Assembly: GCF_006345805.1 (NCBI RefSeq)
Contig: NC_043013.1
Span: 29,450,001-29,514,000, forward strand
Direction of reading: 5' to 3'
Origin: Octopus sinensis
Lineage: Eukaryota
Length of the DNA: 64,000 nucleotides
Part shown: piece after piece, positions 12,563-23,763 of the stretch
How the letters are laid out: every line of letters starts with the position of its first letter
How positions within the stretch are numbered: position 1 is the stretch's first letter
Notes under the pieces: generated by a model
Seen by the model: only the letters and a program-made list of their open reading frames with translations
What the model was told of the DNA's origin: nothing
Databases searched by the model: none
Translations under genes and position numbers: made by a program

Positions 12563-15290
12563 TAGTTGCGGATTCTAGCTCGCTCTGATACTGAGTTGAG
12601 TTGATGCCTTCTAGTATCTCAAAATTCAATATATAATCATTTATGATTATAGTATTCTACGCTGAAGAGAAAAGAAGTTTTGGTAAGGTAGAATTATTTA
12701 ATATTAATTCTTATGCTTTCCTAAAAACTTGATTTCGAAACGTGCGTCCGTAGATAACTTAAAATTGTATGATAGATTGCCGTCAATTCATTCTCTCTTA
12801 CCTGTTTGTGTCTGCCTTCCAATTGCTGTTTTTACTGAGATCTCCCTTTTTAGTAGAAGAAATAGCTATAACTCTTTGACTGCTATTTCTAAATTCGGTA
12901 TGTGGTAAGGCAATTCGTTGCTAGACCCTTTATTGCTTAGTATTACTTAAATTTTCCTCGAATGAGGCTTTTACATGCCGAAGACTACTTGTTGTAATTG
13001 ATAATTATTCCAATTAATTAATTTCACCCTTCATTATTACGGATAACCATATTTTATCTCAGTAGATGACCACAGCATCTTGTTTTGGCTACACGCGGGT
13101 GGGAGGGGCTGGTGACACAATCTTTTCATTCACACTTTCAATTTGGGGATACTAGTTGCGGATTCTAGCTCGCTCTGATACTGAGTTGAGTTGGTGCCTT
13201 CTAGTATCTCAAAATTCAATATATAATCATTTATGATTATAGTATTCTACGCTGAAGAGAAAAGAAGTTTTGGTAAGTAGAATATTTAATATTTAATTCT
13301 TTGCTTTCCTAAAAACTTGATTTCGAAACGGGCGTCCGTAGATAACTTAAAATGTATGATAGATTGCCGTCAATTCATTCTCTCTTACCTGTTTGTGTCT
13401 GCCTTCCAATTGCTGTTTTTACTGAGATCTCCTTTTTAGTAGAAGAAATAGCTATAACTCTTTGACTGCTATTTCTAAATTCGGTATGTGGTAAGGCAAT
13501 TCGTTGCTAGACCCTTTATTGCTTAGTATTACTTAAATTTTCCTCGAATGAGGCTTTTACATGCCGAAGACTACTTGGTGTAATTGATAATTATTCCAAA
13601 TTAATTAATTTCACCCTTCATTATTACGGATAACCATATTTTATCTCAGTAGATGACCACAGCATCTTGTTTTGGCTACACGCGGGTGGGAAGGGGCTGG
13701 TGACACAATCTTTTCATTCACACTTTCAATTTGGGGATACTAGTTGCGGATTCTAGCTCGCTCTGATACTGAGTTGAGTTGGTGCCTTCTAGTATCTCAA
13801 AATTCAATATATAATCATTATGATTATAGTATTCTACGCTGAAGAGAAAAGAAGTTTTGGTAAGTAGAATATTTAATATTTAATTCTTATGCTTTCCTAA
13901 AAACTTGATTTCGAAACGGGCGTCCGTAGATAACTTAAAATTGTATGATAGATTGCCGTCAATTCATTCTCTTACCTGTTTGTGTCTGCCTTCCAATTGC
14001 TGTTTTTACTGAGATCTCCTTTTTAGTAGAAGAAATAGCTATAACTCTTTGACTGCTATTTCTAAATTCGGTATGTGGTAAGGCAATTCGTTGTTAAACC
14101 CTTTATTGCTTAGTATTACTTAAATTTTCCTCGAATGAGGCTTTTACATGCCGAAGACTACTGGTGTAATTGATAATTATTCCAAATTAATTAATTTCAC
14201 CCTTCATTATTACGGATAACCATATTTTATCTCAGTAGATGACCACAGCATCTTGTTTTGGCTACACGCGGGTGGAAGGGGCTGGTGACACAATCTTTTC
14301 ATTCACACTTTCAATTTGGGGATACTAGTTGCGGATTCTAGCTCGCTCTGATACTGAGTTGAGTTGGTGCCTTCTAGTATCTCAAAATTCAATATATAAT
14401 CATTTATGATTATAGTATTCTACGCTGAAGAGAAAAGAAGTTTTGGTAAGGTAGAATTATTTAATATTTAATTCTTATGTTTCCTAAAAACTTGATTTCG
14501 AAACGTGCGTCCGTAGATAACTTAAAATTGTATGATAGATTGCCGTCAATTCATTCTCTCTTACCTGTTTGTGTCTGCCTTCCAATTGCTGTTTTTACTG
14601 AGATCTCCTTTTTAGTAGAAGAAATAGCTATAACTTTGACTGCTATTTCTAAATTCGGTATGTGGTAAGCAATTCGTTGCTAGACCCTTTATTGCTTAGT
14701 ATACTTAAATTTTCCTCGAATGAGGCTTTTACATGCCGAAGACTACTTGGTGTAATTGATAATTATTCCAATTAATTAATTTCACCCTTCATTATTACGG
14801 ATAACCATATTTTATCTCAGTAGATGACCACAGCATCTGTTTTGGCTACACGCGGGTGGGAAGGGGCTGGTGACACAATCTTTTCATTCACACTTTCAAT
14901 TTGGGGATACTAGTTGCGGATTCTAGCTCGCTCTGATACTGAGTTGAGTTGGTGCCTTCTAGTATCTCAAAATTCAATATATAATCATTTATGATTATAG
15001 TATTCTACGCTGAAGAGAAAAGAAGTTTTGGTAAGGTAGAATTATTTAATATTTAATTCTTATGCTTTCCTAAAAACTTGATTTCGAAACGGGCGTCCGT
15101 AGATAACTTAAAATTGTATGATAGATTGCCGTCAATTCATTCTCTCTTACCTGTTTGTGTCTGCCTTCCAATTGCTGTTTTTACTGAGATCTCCCTTTTT
15201 AGTAGAAGAAATAGCTATAACTCTTTGACTGCTATTTCTAAATTCGGTATGTGGTAAGGCAATTCGTTGCTAAACCCTTTATTGCTTAGT
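12563..15290 (+). repeat. Head-to-tail array of a ~588-bp non-coding unit (4.6 copies), one HHR per unit; retrozyme-like
   Basis: Unit starts (TAGTTGCGGATTCTAG) at 12563, 13153, 13741, 14326, 14911; near-identical copies; both ends run into (TA)n. Confidence 0.95.
12656..12754 (+). ncRNA. Minimal type I hammerhead ribozyme (first of five in the array)
   Basis: Stem I TCTACG/CGTAGA, core CTGAAGA (12662-12668), long stem II GAAA.GAAGTTTT...AAAACTT..TTTC, GAAAC-GTGC-GTC (cleavage after 12748). Confidence 0.85.
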
Positions 15291-15300
15291 ATATATATAT

Positions 15301-15356
<56 letters not shown>

Positions 15357-16070
15357 TTAATTAGTCCGGCAGCATGACCGAAGATTGTCTTTTGTATTCA
15401 TTTCTAGCTTTTCTTAGCAATAACCTTTTATATCCATCTAGGTGTGAATTTAGCTACAGCGAAACAATGTCAGACCACAGAACAATGATTTCGTCCGTGT
15501 TTTCGCACGGGAGATGCCAACTGTCTCTATTGGGATGAAGTTGCGGTAAAAGTACAATTTCATAACAATTAGGTATCAGTATTATTTTCTGATTACTTAT
15601 CTTAAAGTACTCAACCAGGCCGTGATAAATAAAGTCATTAAGGAAAGACATTTTGTACTTATTCTGGTACATAATCACTCTCTTCCTCTCTTTTCCTTTG
15701 TCTCTTCATAGTCACGCGCGTACGCACACACACACACACACACATACACACACACACATACACACTTGTGTATACATGTATGTGTGAATGAGTTGTAGAC
15801 ATATCAACTTCTGTGTATCTATTGCTCATTCTTTCAATCTTTCACATCATAAATATACATTTATATAGACACATACACACGAATACATATGTCTGTGTGG
15901 GTTTGCGTGTATGTGTGCGTGTGTGTGTGTAGGTATATATATATATATATATATATGCATATATATATATATGTATGTATATATATATATGTTAGTGTCT
16001 GTGTGTGTATATATATATATACACACACACACATATATATATACATGCACACACACACGCACACACACAC

Positions 16071-16124
<54 letters not shown>

Positions 16125-16728
16125 GTATGTATGTTTTTATGTATGTATGTATGTATATATGTATGTATGTATGTATGTATGTGTGTATGTGAGTGTGCTG
16201 AAAGGTTCCTGACTGTGGGCAAACACACTGTCTTTTACTACCCGCCATTGCTTCTTCACCAAACTTTTTGGCGCCCTCCGATTCTTCCCCTCTCTTCCTC
16301 CCATCCTCCTCCCCTCTTCCTCCCATCCTCCTTAATCCCTTCTTTCTCCTTTTCTCTTGGTCACTGATTCTGTCCCCTGCCTTCCACCCTCTTTGATTCC
16401 CTCTCTCTCTGTCTCTCTTTCTCTCTCTCCTGCGACCTGCTGCTTCTTAAACCATTCTGTTGGCCTTCGTATCTCGACCAACATGTGTCCCCGCTACCGA
16501 AACGGTAATTATTTCTACGCCAGCTATGTTGTTGTTGTTGTTTTTGTCTCATTTGGTCTAAAGTCGTATGACAACCACCGTTATATATATTTTGTTTATT
16601 CATTACTGTTTTCAATTTCGTTTTCGTCTCTTGTATTCACATCCGTCTTGTGCGTTCACATTCCTGTCTTCTACCAAGAAATCTAATGCTTACAGCTTAG
16701 TTTTTTTTCTTGGGGCTGGCCGAGTTGG

Positions 16729-16797
16729 AGCAAATATCAGAATTGAACAGCCGAAATTTGCTATGATGATTCGGTGTCTGACTGAAGATTGAAGGCT
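16729..16797 (+). ncRNA. Candidate non-circularly permuted (pseudoknotted) hammerhead ribozyme; repeated at ~19193-19261 and ~19922-19990
   Basis: AGCAAAT-A-TCAGA ... CAGCC-GAA-ATTTGCT ... TCTGA-CTGAAGA: stem III (7 bp) and stem I (5 bp) flank the core nucleotides in register, but the strand order is non-standard and the stem II partner is ambiguous. Confidence 0.5.
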
Positions 16798-17217
16798 TCG
16801 AATGATTTGTCTGTGTTCCGTGTTCGTCCCTTCCTGTATATCACGTTCATTATATATAAAAACATTCATTCTTATATTATTGCGGCGTTACGTGCACCCC
16901 CCCCCCCCGTTTGTTTGTCCAATTTTAAACCCTGCACGACTTCTATACACACTGTCTTTTACTACCCGCCATTGCTTCTTCACCAAACTTTTTGGCGCCC
17001 TCCGACTCTTCCCCTCTCTTCCTCCCATCCTCCTCCCCTCTTCCTCCCATCCTCCTTAATCCCTTCTTTCTCCTTTTCTCTTGGTCACTGATTCTGTCCC
17101 CTGCCTTCCACCCTCTTTGATTCCTCTCTCTCTGTCTCTCTTTCTCTCTCTCCTGCGACCTGCTGCTTCTTAAACCATTCTGTTGGCCTTCGTATCTCGA
17201 CCAACATGTGTCCCCGC

Positions 17218-18944
17218 GGATCAGTTGTCTGTTCGTCAGTTTGAGTTCGGTCGTGTTTTTTTACGCTCGTAAAATTCGGTAAAAAAGATCAAAAAGAATT
17301 GTTGTGTTGTTGTGGAAATTTTGAACGGCGTTTTAAAGCGGTTTCGCGTTCCACTGGTTCTGCGCGTTACACTTTTTCTGTTTTGACGGCCGTTTTGGCC
17401 TGTCAGGCGGGAGGAGATGGATGACCACTCCCTAGTGGAGGAGTCGGAGGAAGAATGGATATTTGAGAGCTTGTCGGAGACATCGAACTCTGAAGACGAG
17501 CAAATCGGTGATGTAAATAATGTGGAGAAAAATTACAGGAAAACGTACGCAGGAGTTGCAAAAAAGAAGACGGAACAGGAAAAAGAAATAAACCTAGAAA
17601 AATTGCCAGGTTTCCAGAGGTATATGAGGAAGGACAGCGGCGAGGTGGAACTGGAACCACCACCAAAGAGAAAGGAATGGTACAATAAGAGGACCATAAT
17701 TTACAGGGTGTTCGTGAACGAAAGAAAGAAAATAGAGATCGTAAACATGGAATGGATAGAGGAGGCCCTGAGAAGATCGGAGGAGGAAATCATTTTCCTG
17801 ACTCGAGGATCGAAGTACGGTACTGTAGTGGTGCATTTTAAAAGTGAGACTGCAGCGAGGAGGATGGCGGTGAAGGCGGTGAAGTCAGAGAAAGGGTAAC
17901 ACTTTTACCTATGTACTTGAATAGAAGGATCACACGAGTAAGGGTGGAGGGAGTGCCACCAAACGTGGAGGCTGAGTGGATTGTGGCGGCTGTGATCAGC
18001 GGCCACGAGGAGAAAGTAGATATTCTCCATGCCTCGGTCAAGACCGAGGGCTGAGAGAGGCGTAATAGTGGAGCTGAACGTGGCAGGCGGACAGCGAGGT
18101 ACTGGTGGACCTGGCGGAGAGCATTAAATTGGGAGACGTGATTATGAGAGTGTGGGTGGAGGGCAGAGCTCCACGTTGTTACAAGTGTGGCCTGAGGGGC
18201 CACATAAGAGCCTTCTGCCCTCCCCCACCAAGAGAAAAGGAAATCGTTGAGGAAATCTCCAAAAGAGGAGGCCCCAAAAGAAGAAGAAATTAAAGAGAAG
18301 CAGACGGAAAGGGAAATGACAGAGGAGGAGGAGATGCAAAAAGAGTGTGAGGAGGGCAGAAAGAAGAGAAAAGGAAAGAAAAGGAAAAATGTGCGGCGAA
18401 GCCCCAACCCACCCCATACCACCCCACACCCTTGGAGACCCATCCTGCCCCCGCAAAACAGCAATCCCACCCACTCCCCGCCTACAAAAAACGAAAACAG
18501 ACACACAGAACATACAAAAGCCCCAGTCCTACTTTTTATGTGTTGTGGGGAAGGGGGATACTGAGAACGCAAGAAGGCTTTTTGAAGACGATGTATGGCA
18601 GGAGTATGAGGACGGAAGCTATGCGGTATTCGATTTTGAACTCATGGGCTCTTTGATGAGCAAGTGCAATGAACTACGTATAAATTGTTTATCAGCATTT
18701 ATGAAGGATGATATGATAGAGAGATATGAGAGAAATGAAAGGTAGGTGAGGTGAAAAACTTTGGAATCGTGATAGGAAACGGAAAGGTAAGTGATGCTGG
18801 CGGAGGGGGCCGTTAGCATCGCTTTCATGTTATCATTTTTTCATTTTAACATTCATTTAATCATAATTTTAATCGCATTGTTTTATGTCCCCCATGTTTT
18901 GTAATGTTCCCTCTTCGTGGCCCCTAGTGGGTAATAAAGAAATA
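17218..18944 (+). mobile_element. ORF1-only non-LTR retroelement (Tx1/L1-like) with 19-bp TSD
   Basis: GACCAACATGTGTCCCCGC at 17199-17217 and 18945-18963; ends AATAAAGAAATA; single gag-like ORF and no RT. Confidence 0.85.
17417..18745 (+). pseudogene. Frameshifted ORF1/gag-like protein with CCHC zinc knuckle
   Basis: Consecutive ORF pieces: acidic N-terminus, RRM-like YGTVVVHFKSE and RVRVEGVPP, CYKCGLRGHIRAFC (CX2CX4HX4C), Glu/Lys-rich linker, C-terminal domain ending 18745. Confidence 0.75.
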
Positions 18945-20762
18945 GACCAACATGTGTCCCCGCTACCGAAACGGTAATTATTTCTACGCCAGCTATGTTG
19001 TTGTTGTTGTTTTTGTCTCATTTGGTCTAAGTCGCATGACAACCACCGTTATATATATTTTGTTTATCATTACTGTTTTCAATTTCGTTTTCGTCTCTTG
19101 TATTCACATCCGTCTTGTGCGTTCACATTCCTGTCTTCTACCAAGAAATCTAATGCTTACAGCTTAGTTTTTTTCTTGGCTGGCCGAGTTGGAGAAAATA
19201 TCAGAATTGAACAGCCGAAATTTGCTATGATGATTCGGTGTCTGACTGAAGATTGAAGGCTTCGAATGATTTGTCTGTGTTCCGTGTCTCGTCCCTTCCT
19301 GTATTTCACGTTCATTATATATAAAAACATTCATTCTTTATTATTGCGGCGTTACGTGCACCCCCCCCCCCCCCGTTTGTTTGTCCAATTTTAAACCCTG
19401 CACGACTTCTATACACACTGTCTTTTACTACCCGCCATTGCTTCTTCATCACCAAACTTTTTGGCCGGCGCCTCCGACTCTTCCCCTCTCTTCCTCCCAT
19501 CCTCCTCCCCTCTTCCTCCCATCCTCCTTAATCCCTTCTTTCTCCTTTTCTCTTGGTCACTGATTCTGTCCCCTGCCTTCCACCCTCTTGATTCCCTCTC
19601 TCTCTGTCTCTCTTTCTCTCTCTCCTGCGACCTGCTGCTTCTTAAACCATTCTGTTGGCCTTCGTATCTCGACCAACATGTGTCCCCGCTACCGAAACGG
19701 TAATTATTTCTACGCCAGCTATGTTGTTGTTGTTGTTTTTGTCTCATTTGGTCTAAAGTCGTATGACAACCACCGTTATATATTTTGTTTATTCATTACT
19801 GTTTTCAATTTCGTTTTCGTCTCTTGTATTCACATCCGTCTTGTGCGTTCACATTCCTGTCTTCTACCAAGAAATCTAATGCTTACAGCTTAGTTTTTTT
19901 TCTTGGGGCTGGCCGAGTTGGAGCAAATATCAGAATTGAACAGCCGAAATTTGCTATGATGATTCGGTGTCTGACTGAAGATTGAAGGCTTCGAATGATT
20001 TGTCTGTGTTCCGTGTTCGTCCCTTCCTGTATTTCACGTTCATTATATATAAAAACATTCATTCTTATATATATATATATCCCAATAAGGTTCGAAAATC
20101 GATTATGTTCATTTTTTCAGCCTGCGGAGAAATGGCTAGAATTTGCCATGTTTATAATTATACCATATGTTACATGTGTATATATATATGTGTGTGTGTG
20201 TGTGTGTATGTGTGTGTGTGTATGTGTGTGTGTATGTATGTATATATGTATATATATATATATGTGTCCATACATATACCATGCATTCGTATATACATGC
20301 ATATATACATACATCCCTTCTGGGGTGCAAAGGAATAAATATAAGATTGGAGCACTCAATATACTTGGTTTGAGTTACATGAAAATTTTAACGATCTGGC
20401 TCAGCTCAACGTTGCGTTAAGATTCGTAAGACCGTACCGCACATACACGAAACTTGAAGTAATGCAGCGTGAGTGAAAGAATTATAATCCTTCCCGCTCT
20501 CTGTCTCTGTATAACTATATAAGTAGTAACTATTGAAAATGTTTTTATTTTTCATCCCCTTCGAAATTACTCTTAACTGTGGTTTCGACTTTGACTGTTC
20601 GTTTTAGCATGTAAGGTATCCTGTTAGGGTTATCACTTTTGTGTATAAATATACACTTATTTTATATGAAAAATATGTTATCTATTGACTATTTTATGCA
20701 TGCTAGCCACTGGTAGAACATTTCTCTAATTTCTCTACCCTATATATATATATATATTATCG

Positions 20763-20796
<34 letters not shown>

Positions 20797-21134
20797 TCAG
20801 TAAAACTTTAGATTCAGTTGAATATGGTACTTAAGTTAAAGGAACCAGAATTTAGTATGGTGTTATCCATATAATTCAAAATTGGGTGATTATAATCAAA
20901 ACAAGCAACAAGGATATCCAGAGGTAATGCAGTACAATCGTTTCATGCGACTCCATTTAGCCAAAGACACCGATAGAATAAGTACTAGGGTCACGAACAA
21001 TAAGTCCTGGGGTAGATTTGTTCGACTAAAGGCAATGCTCCAGCAAGGTTCAGTCAAATGACTGAAACAAATAAAAAAAATGAGTAAAAGAATATATTAT
21101 TTATATATATATATATTATATTATATATATATAT

Positions 21135-21208
<74 letters not shown>

Positions 21209-21595
21209 ATATATATTTATTGAACGACTAGTTACAAATATCCTTTATTCTCGACATATGTTTCGAAGGCTGCATATTCCTAATTCTGAAGGAATAAGGA
21301 GTACATTATGCAGATTTCTCATCAGGAAAATCAAGCAACTTATGGCGACACCAAAATGCACAAAAAACTTTTAGTCAGCTATATACTTATAATTTTAAAA
21401 TAAATATACAAATTTCCGCACGAAGACACGTAGTCTATGCCCTAGGGACGTAGCTTCAACCGCGTTCTTTCTGATGTGAATTTGCTACCCAGGTATCGGT
21501 TATCTTTCGAATTATCCTTAATAAGATAATTCATTCAATTACTCAAATATATATATATATATAATCAAAATAAGCAACAATGATATCCAGAGGTA

Positions 21596-21685
21596 ATGCA
21601 GCATGATCGTTTCATGCGACTCCATCTAAATGAACAATGCAAGTATTACATCAATTTTAAAATGTAGAGCAATCTTCAGCTGCAT
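21596..21685 (-). ncRNA. Degenerate type I hammerhead motif
   Basis: ATGCAG-CTGAAGA-TTGC...GCAT-GAAAC-GATC-ATG-CTGCAT; partial sister copies read GATC-ATA (~21811,+) and GATT-GTA (~20930,-), implying a GATC-GTA consensus. Confidence 0.6.
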
Positions 21686-22086
21686 AAAAATATAGAATTT
21701 CGTTAAATTCGAAGGACTCATTTCTAATAAGAAAACTATACAAATGAATCCTTCGAATTTTAAAATTGATGTAATACTTGCATTATTCAATTAAATGGAG
21801 TCGCATGAAACGATCATACTGCATTACCTCTGGATATCATTGTTGCTTATTTTGATTATATATATATATATTTGAGTAATTGAATGAATTATCTTATTAA
21901 GGATAATTCGAAAGATAACCGATACCTGGGTAGCAAATTCACATCAGAAAGAACGCGGTTGAAGCTACGTCCCTAGGGCATAGACTACGTGTCTTCGTGC
22001 GGAAATTTGTATATTTATTTTAAAATTATAAGTATATAGCTGACTAAAAGTTTTTTGTGCATTTTGATGTCGACATAAGTTGCTTG

Positions 22087-22171
22087 ATTTTCCTGATGAG
22101 AAATCTGCATAATGTACTCCTTATTCCTTCAGAATTAGGAATATGCAGCCTTCGAAACATATGTCGAGAAT
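22087..22171 (+). ncRNA. Canonical minimal type I hammerhead ribozyme (mirror copy 21247-21331, minus)
   Basis: Stem I ATTTTC/GAGAAT, CTGATGA (22093-22099), stem II GAA..CTGCATA/TATGCAG..TTC, GAAAC-ATAT-GTC with palindromic loop III. Confidence 0.85.
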
Positions 22172-22198
22172 AAAGGATATTTGTTAACTAGTCGTTCA

Positions 22199-22277
<79 letters not shown>

Positions 22278-22558
22278 TAATATATATATTCTTTTACTCA
22301 TTTTTCTTTTATTTGTTTCAGTCATTTGACTGGAGCCTTGCTGGAGCATTGCCTTTAGTCGAACAAATCTACCCCAGGACTTATTGTTCGTGACTCTAGT
22401 ACTTATTCTATCGGTATATTTGGCTAAATCACTAAGTTACGGACATAAACACACCAAAATCGGTTGTCAAGCGACGGTGGGAAACAAACACAGACACGAA
22501 AATACATATATGCATACATATATATGTGGTGTGTGTATATAATATATTAATATATGTA

Positions 22559-23234
22559 TAGAAGAAATAGCTATAACTCTTTGACTGCTATTTCTAAATT
22601 CGGTATGTGGTGAGGCAATTCGTTGCTAAACCCTTTATTGCTTAGTATTACTTAAATTTTCCTCGAATGAGGCTTTTACATGCCGAAGACTACTTGGTGT
22701 AATTGATAATTATTCCAAATTAATTTAATTCACCCTTCATTATTACGGATAACCATATTTTATCTCAGTAGATGACCACAGCATCTTGTTTTGGCTACAC
22801 GCGCGTGGGAAGGGGCTGGTGACACAATCTTTCCATTCGCACATTGAATTCGGTGAACTAGTTGCGGATTCTAGCTCGCTCTGATACTGAGTTGAGTTGG
22901 TGCTATCTAGTATCTCAAAATTCAATATATAATCATTTATGATTATAGTATTCTACGCTGAAGAGAAAAGAAGTTTTTGGTAAGATAGAATTATTTAATA
23001 TTAATTCTTATGCTTTCCTAAAAACTTGATTTCGAAACGTACGTCGTAGATAACTTAAAATTGTATGATAGATTGCCGTCAATTCATTCTCTCTTACCTG
23101 TTGTGTCTGCCTTCAATTGCTGTTTTTACTGAGATCTCCCTTTTTAGTAGAAGAAATAGCTATAACTCTTGACTGCTATTTCTAAATTCGGTATGTGGTG
23201 AGGCAATTCGTTGCTAAACCCTTTATTGCTTTGT
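22559..23234 (+). mobile_element. Dispersed, circularly permuted ~1.15-unit copy of the 588-bp HHR repeat
   Basis: Same sequence as the 12563-15290 unit but starting at TAGAAGAAATAGC; ~85-bp terminal redundancy; HHR loop III reads GTAC; TA-rich flanks. Confidence 0.9.
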
Positions 23235-23333
23235 ATATATAGATATATATATATATATAAACAATGAATTAAATAGTGAGATTCAATTAACAATCTAGTA
23301 CTTTAGTTATATTATAACATAATATACTATATA

Positions 23334-23467
23334 TACATTATTTACATTATTTACATTTGATAGATATTTGTCCTCATCTTGTTTGTTCCCGTGGGCATAT
23401 GGCTTAGTGGTTCAGAGCGCGGGCTACTAACCCCAAGATTCCAAATTTAATTCCGAGCAGTGACCTG

Positions 23468-23498
<31 letters not shown>

Positions 23499-23516
23499 AC
23501 AACAACAACAACAACA

Positions 23517-23547
<31 letters not shown>

Positions 23548-23763
23548 AGGAGAAGGAGAAGGAGAAGGAGAATGATAACAAGGAAAAATAGCTGAGGGAT
23601 CAGAACCCAGGTTCGAAATTTCCTCAAGACATCTAATGATGGCTGGAGGGTATATCAGCCAAAATGTTGTGTTAACAATAAAGAGGATGAGGACAAATAT
23701 CCGGCAAATGTAAATAATGTAAGTAATATACATACTTCCTCATCTCTTAAATATAGAACTGTA
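23334..23763 (+). mobile_element. tRNA-headed SINE with decayed HHR-like 3' module and inverted partial copy of its 3' end upstream
   Basis: A-box TGGCTTAGTGG at ~23400; triplet-repeat spacer; ACAT-CTAATGAT-GGCTG...CAGCC-AAAAT-GTT-GTGT at ~23629-23672; 23334-23387 is inverted relative to ~23674-23727. Confidence 0.6.

Larger units (their letters stand above)
16223..20070 (+). repeat. Head-to-tail array of a ~722-bp non-coding unit (~2.9 copies), interrupted by a retroelement
   Basis: Unit starts ACACACTGTCTTTTACTACCC at 16223, 16947, 19413; the second copy is split by the 17218-18944 insertion; 3' end runs into (TA)n. Confidence 0.95.
20955..22429. repeat. ~1.47-kb composite inverted duplication (arms ~700 bp)
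   Basis: SINE tail + (TA)n + HHR element + (TA)n + second HHR element at ~20955-21662 is mirrored at ~21757-22429 with a few substitutions. Confidence 0.9.

Noticed and set aside
12955-12990. Second HHR-like string in the 588-bp unit (CGAATGA-GGC...GCC-GAAGAC)
   Set aside because: Both core segments deviate from consensus and no stems I or III were found.
12563-15290. CRISPR array or simple satellite interpretation
   Set aside because: No unique spacers or cas genes, eukaryotic context; a dispersed permuted copy argues against a purely local satellite.
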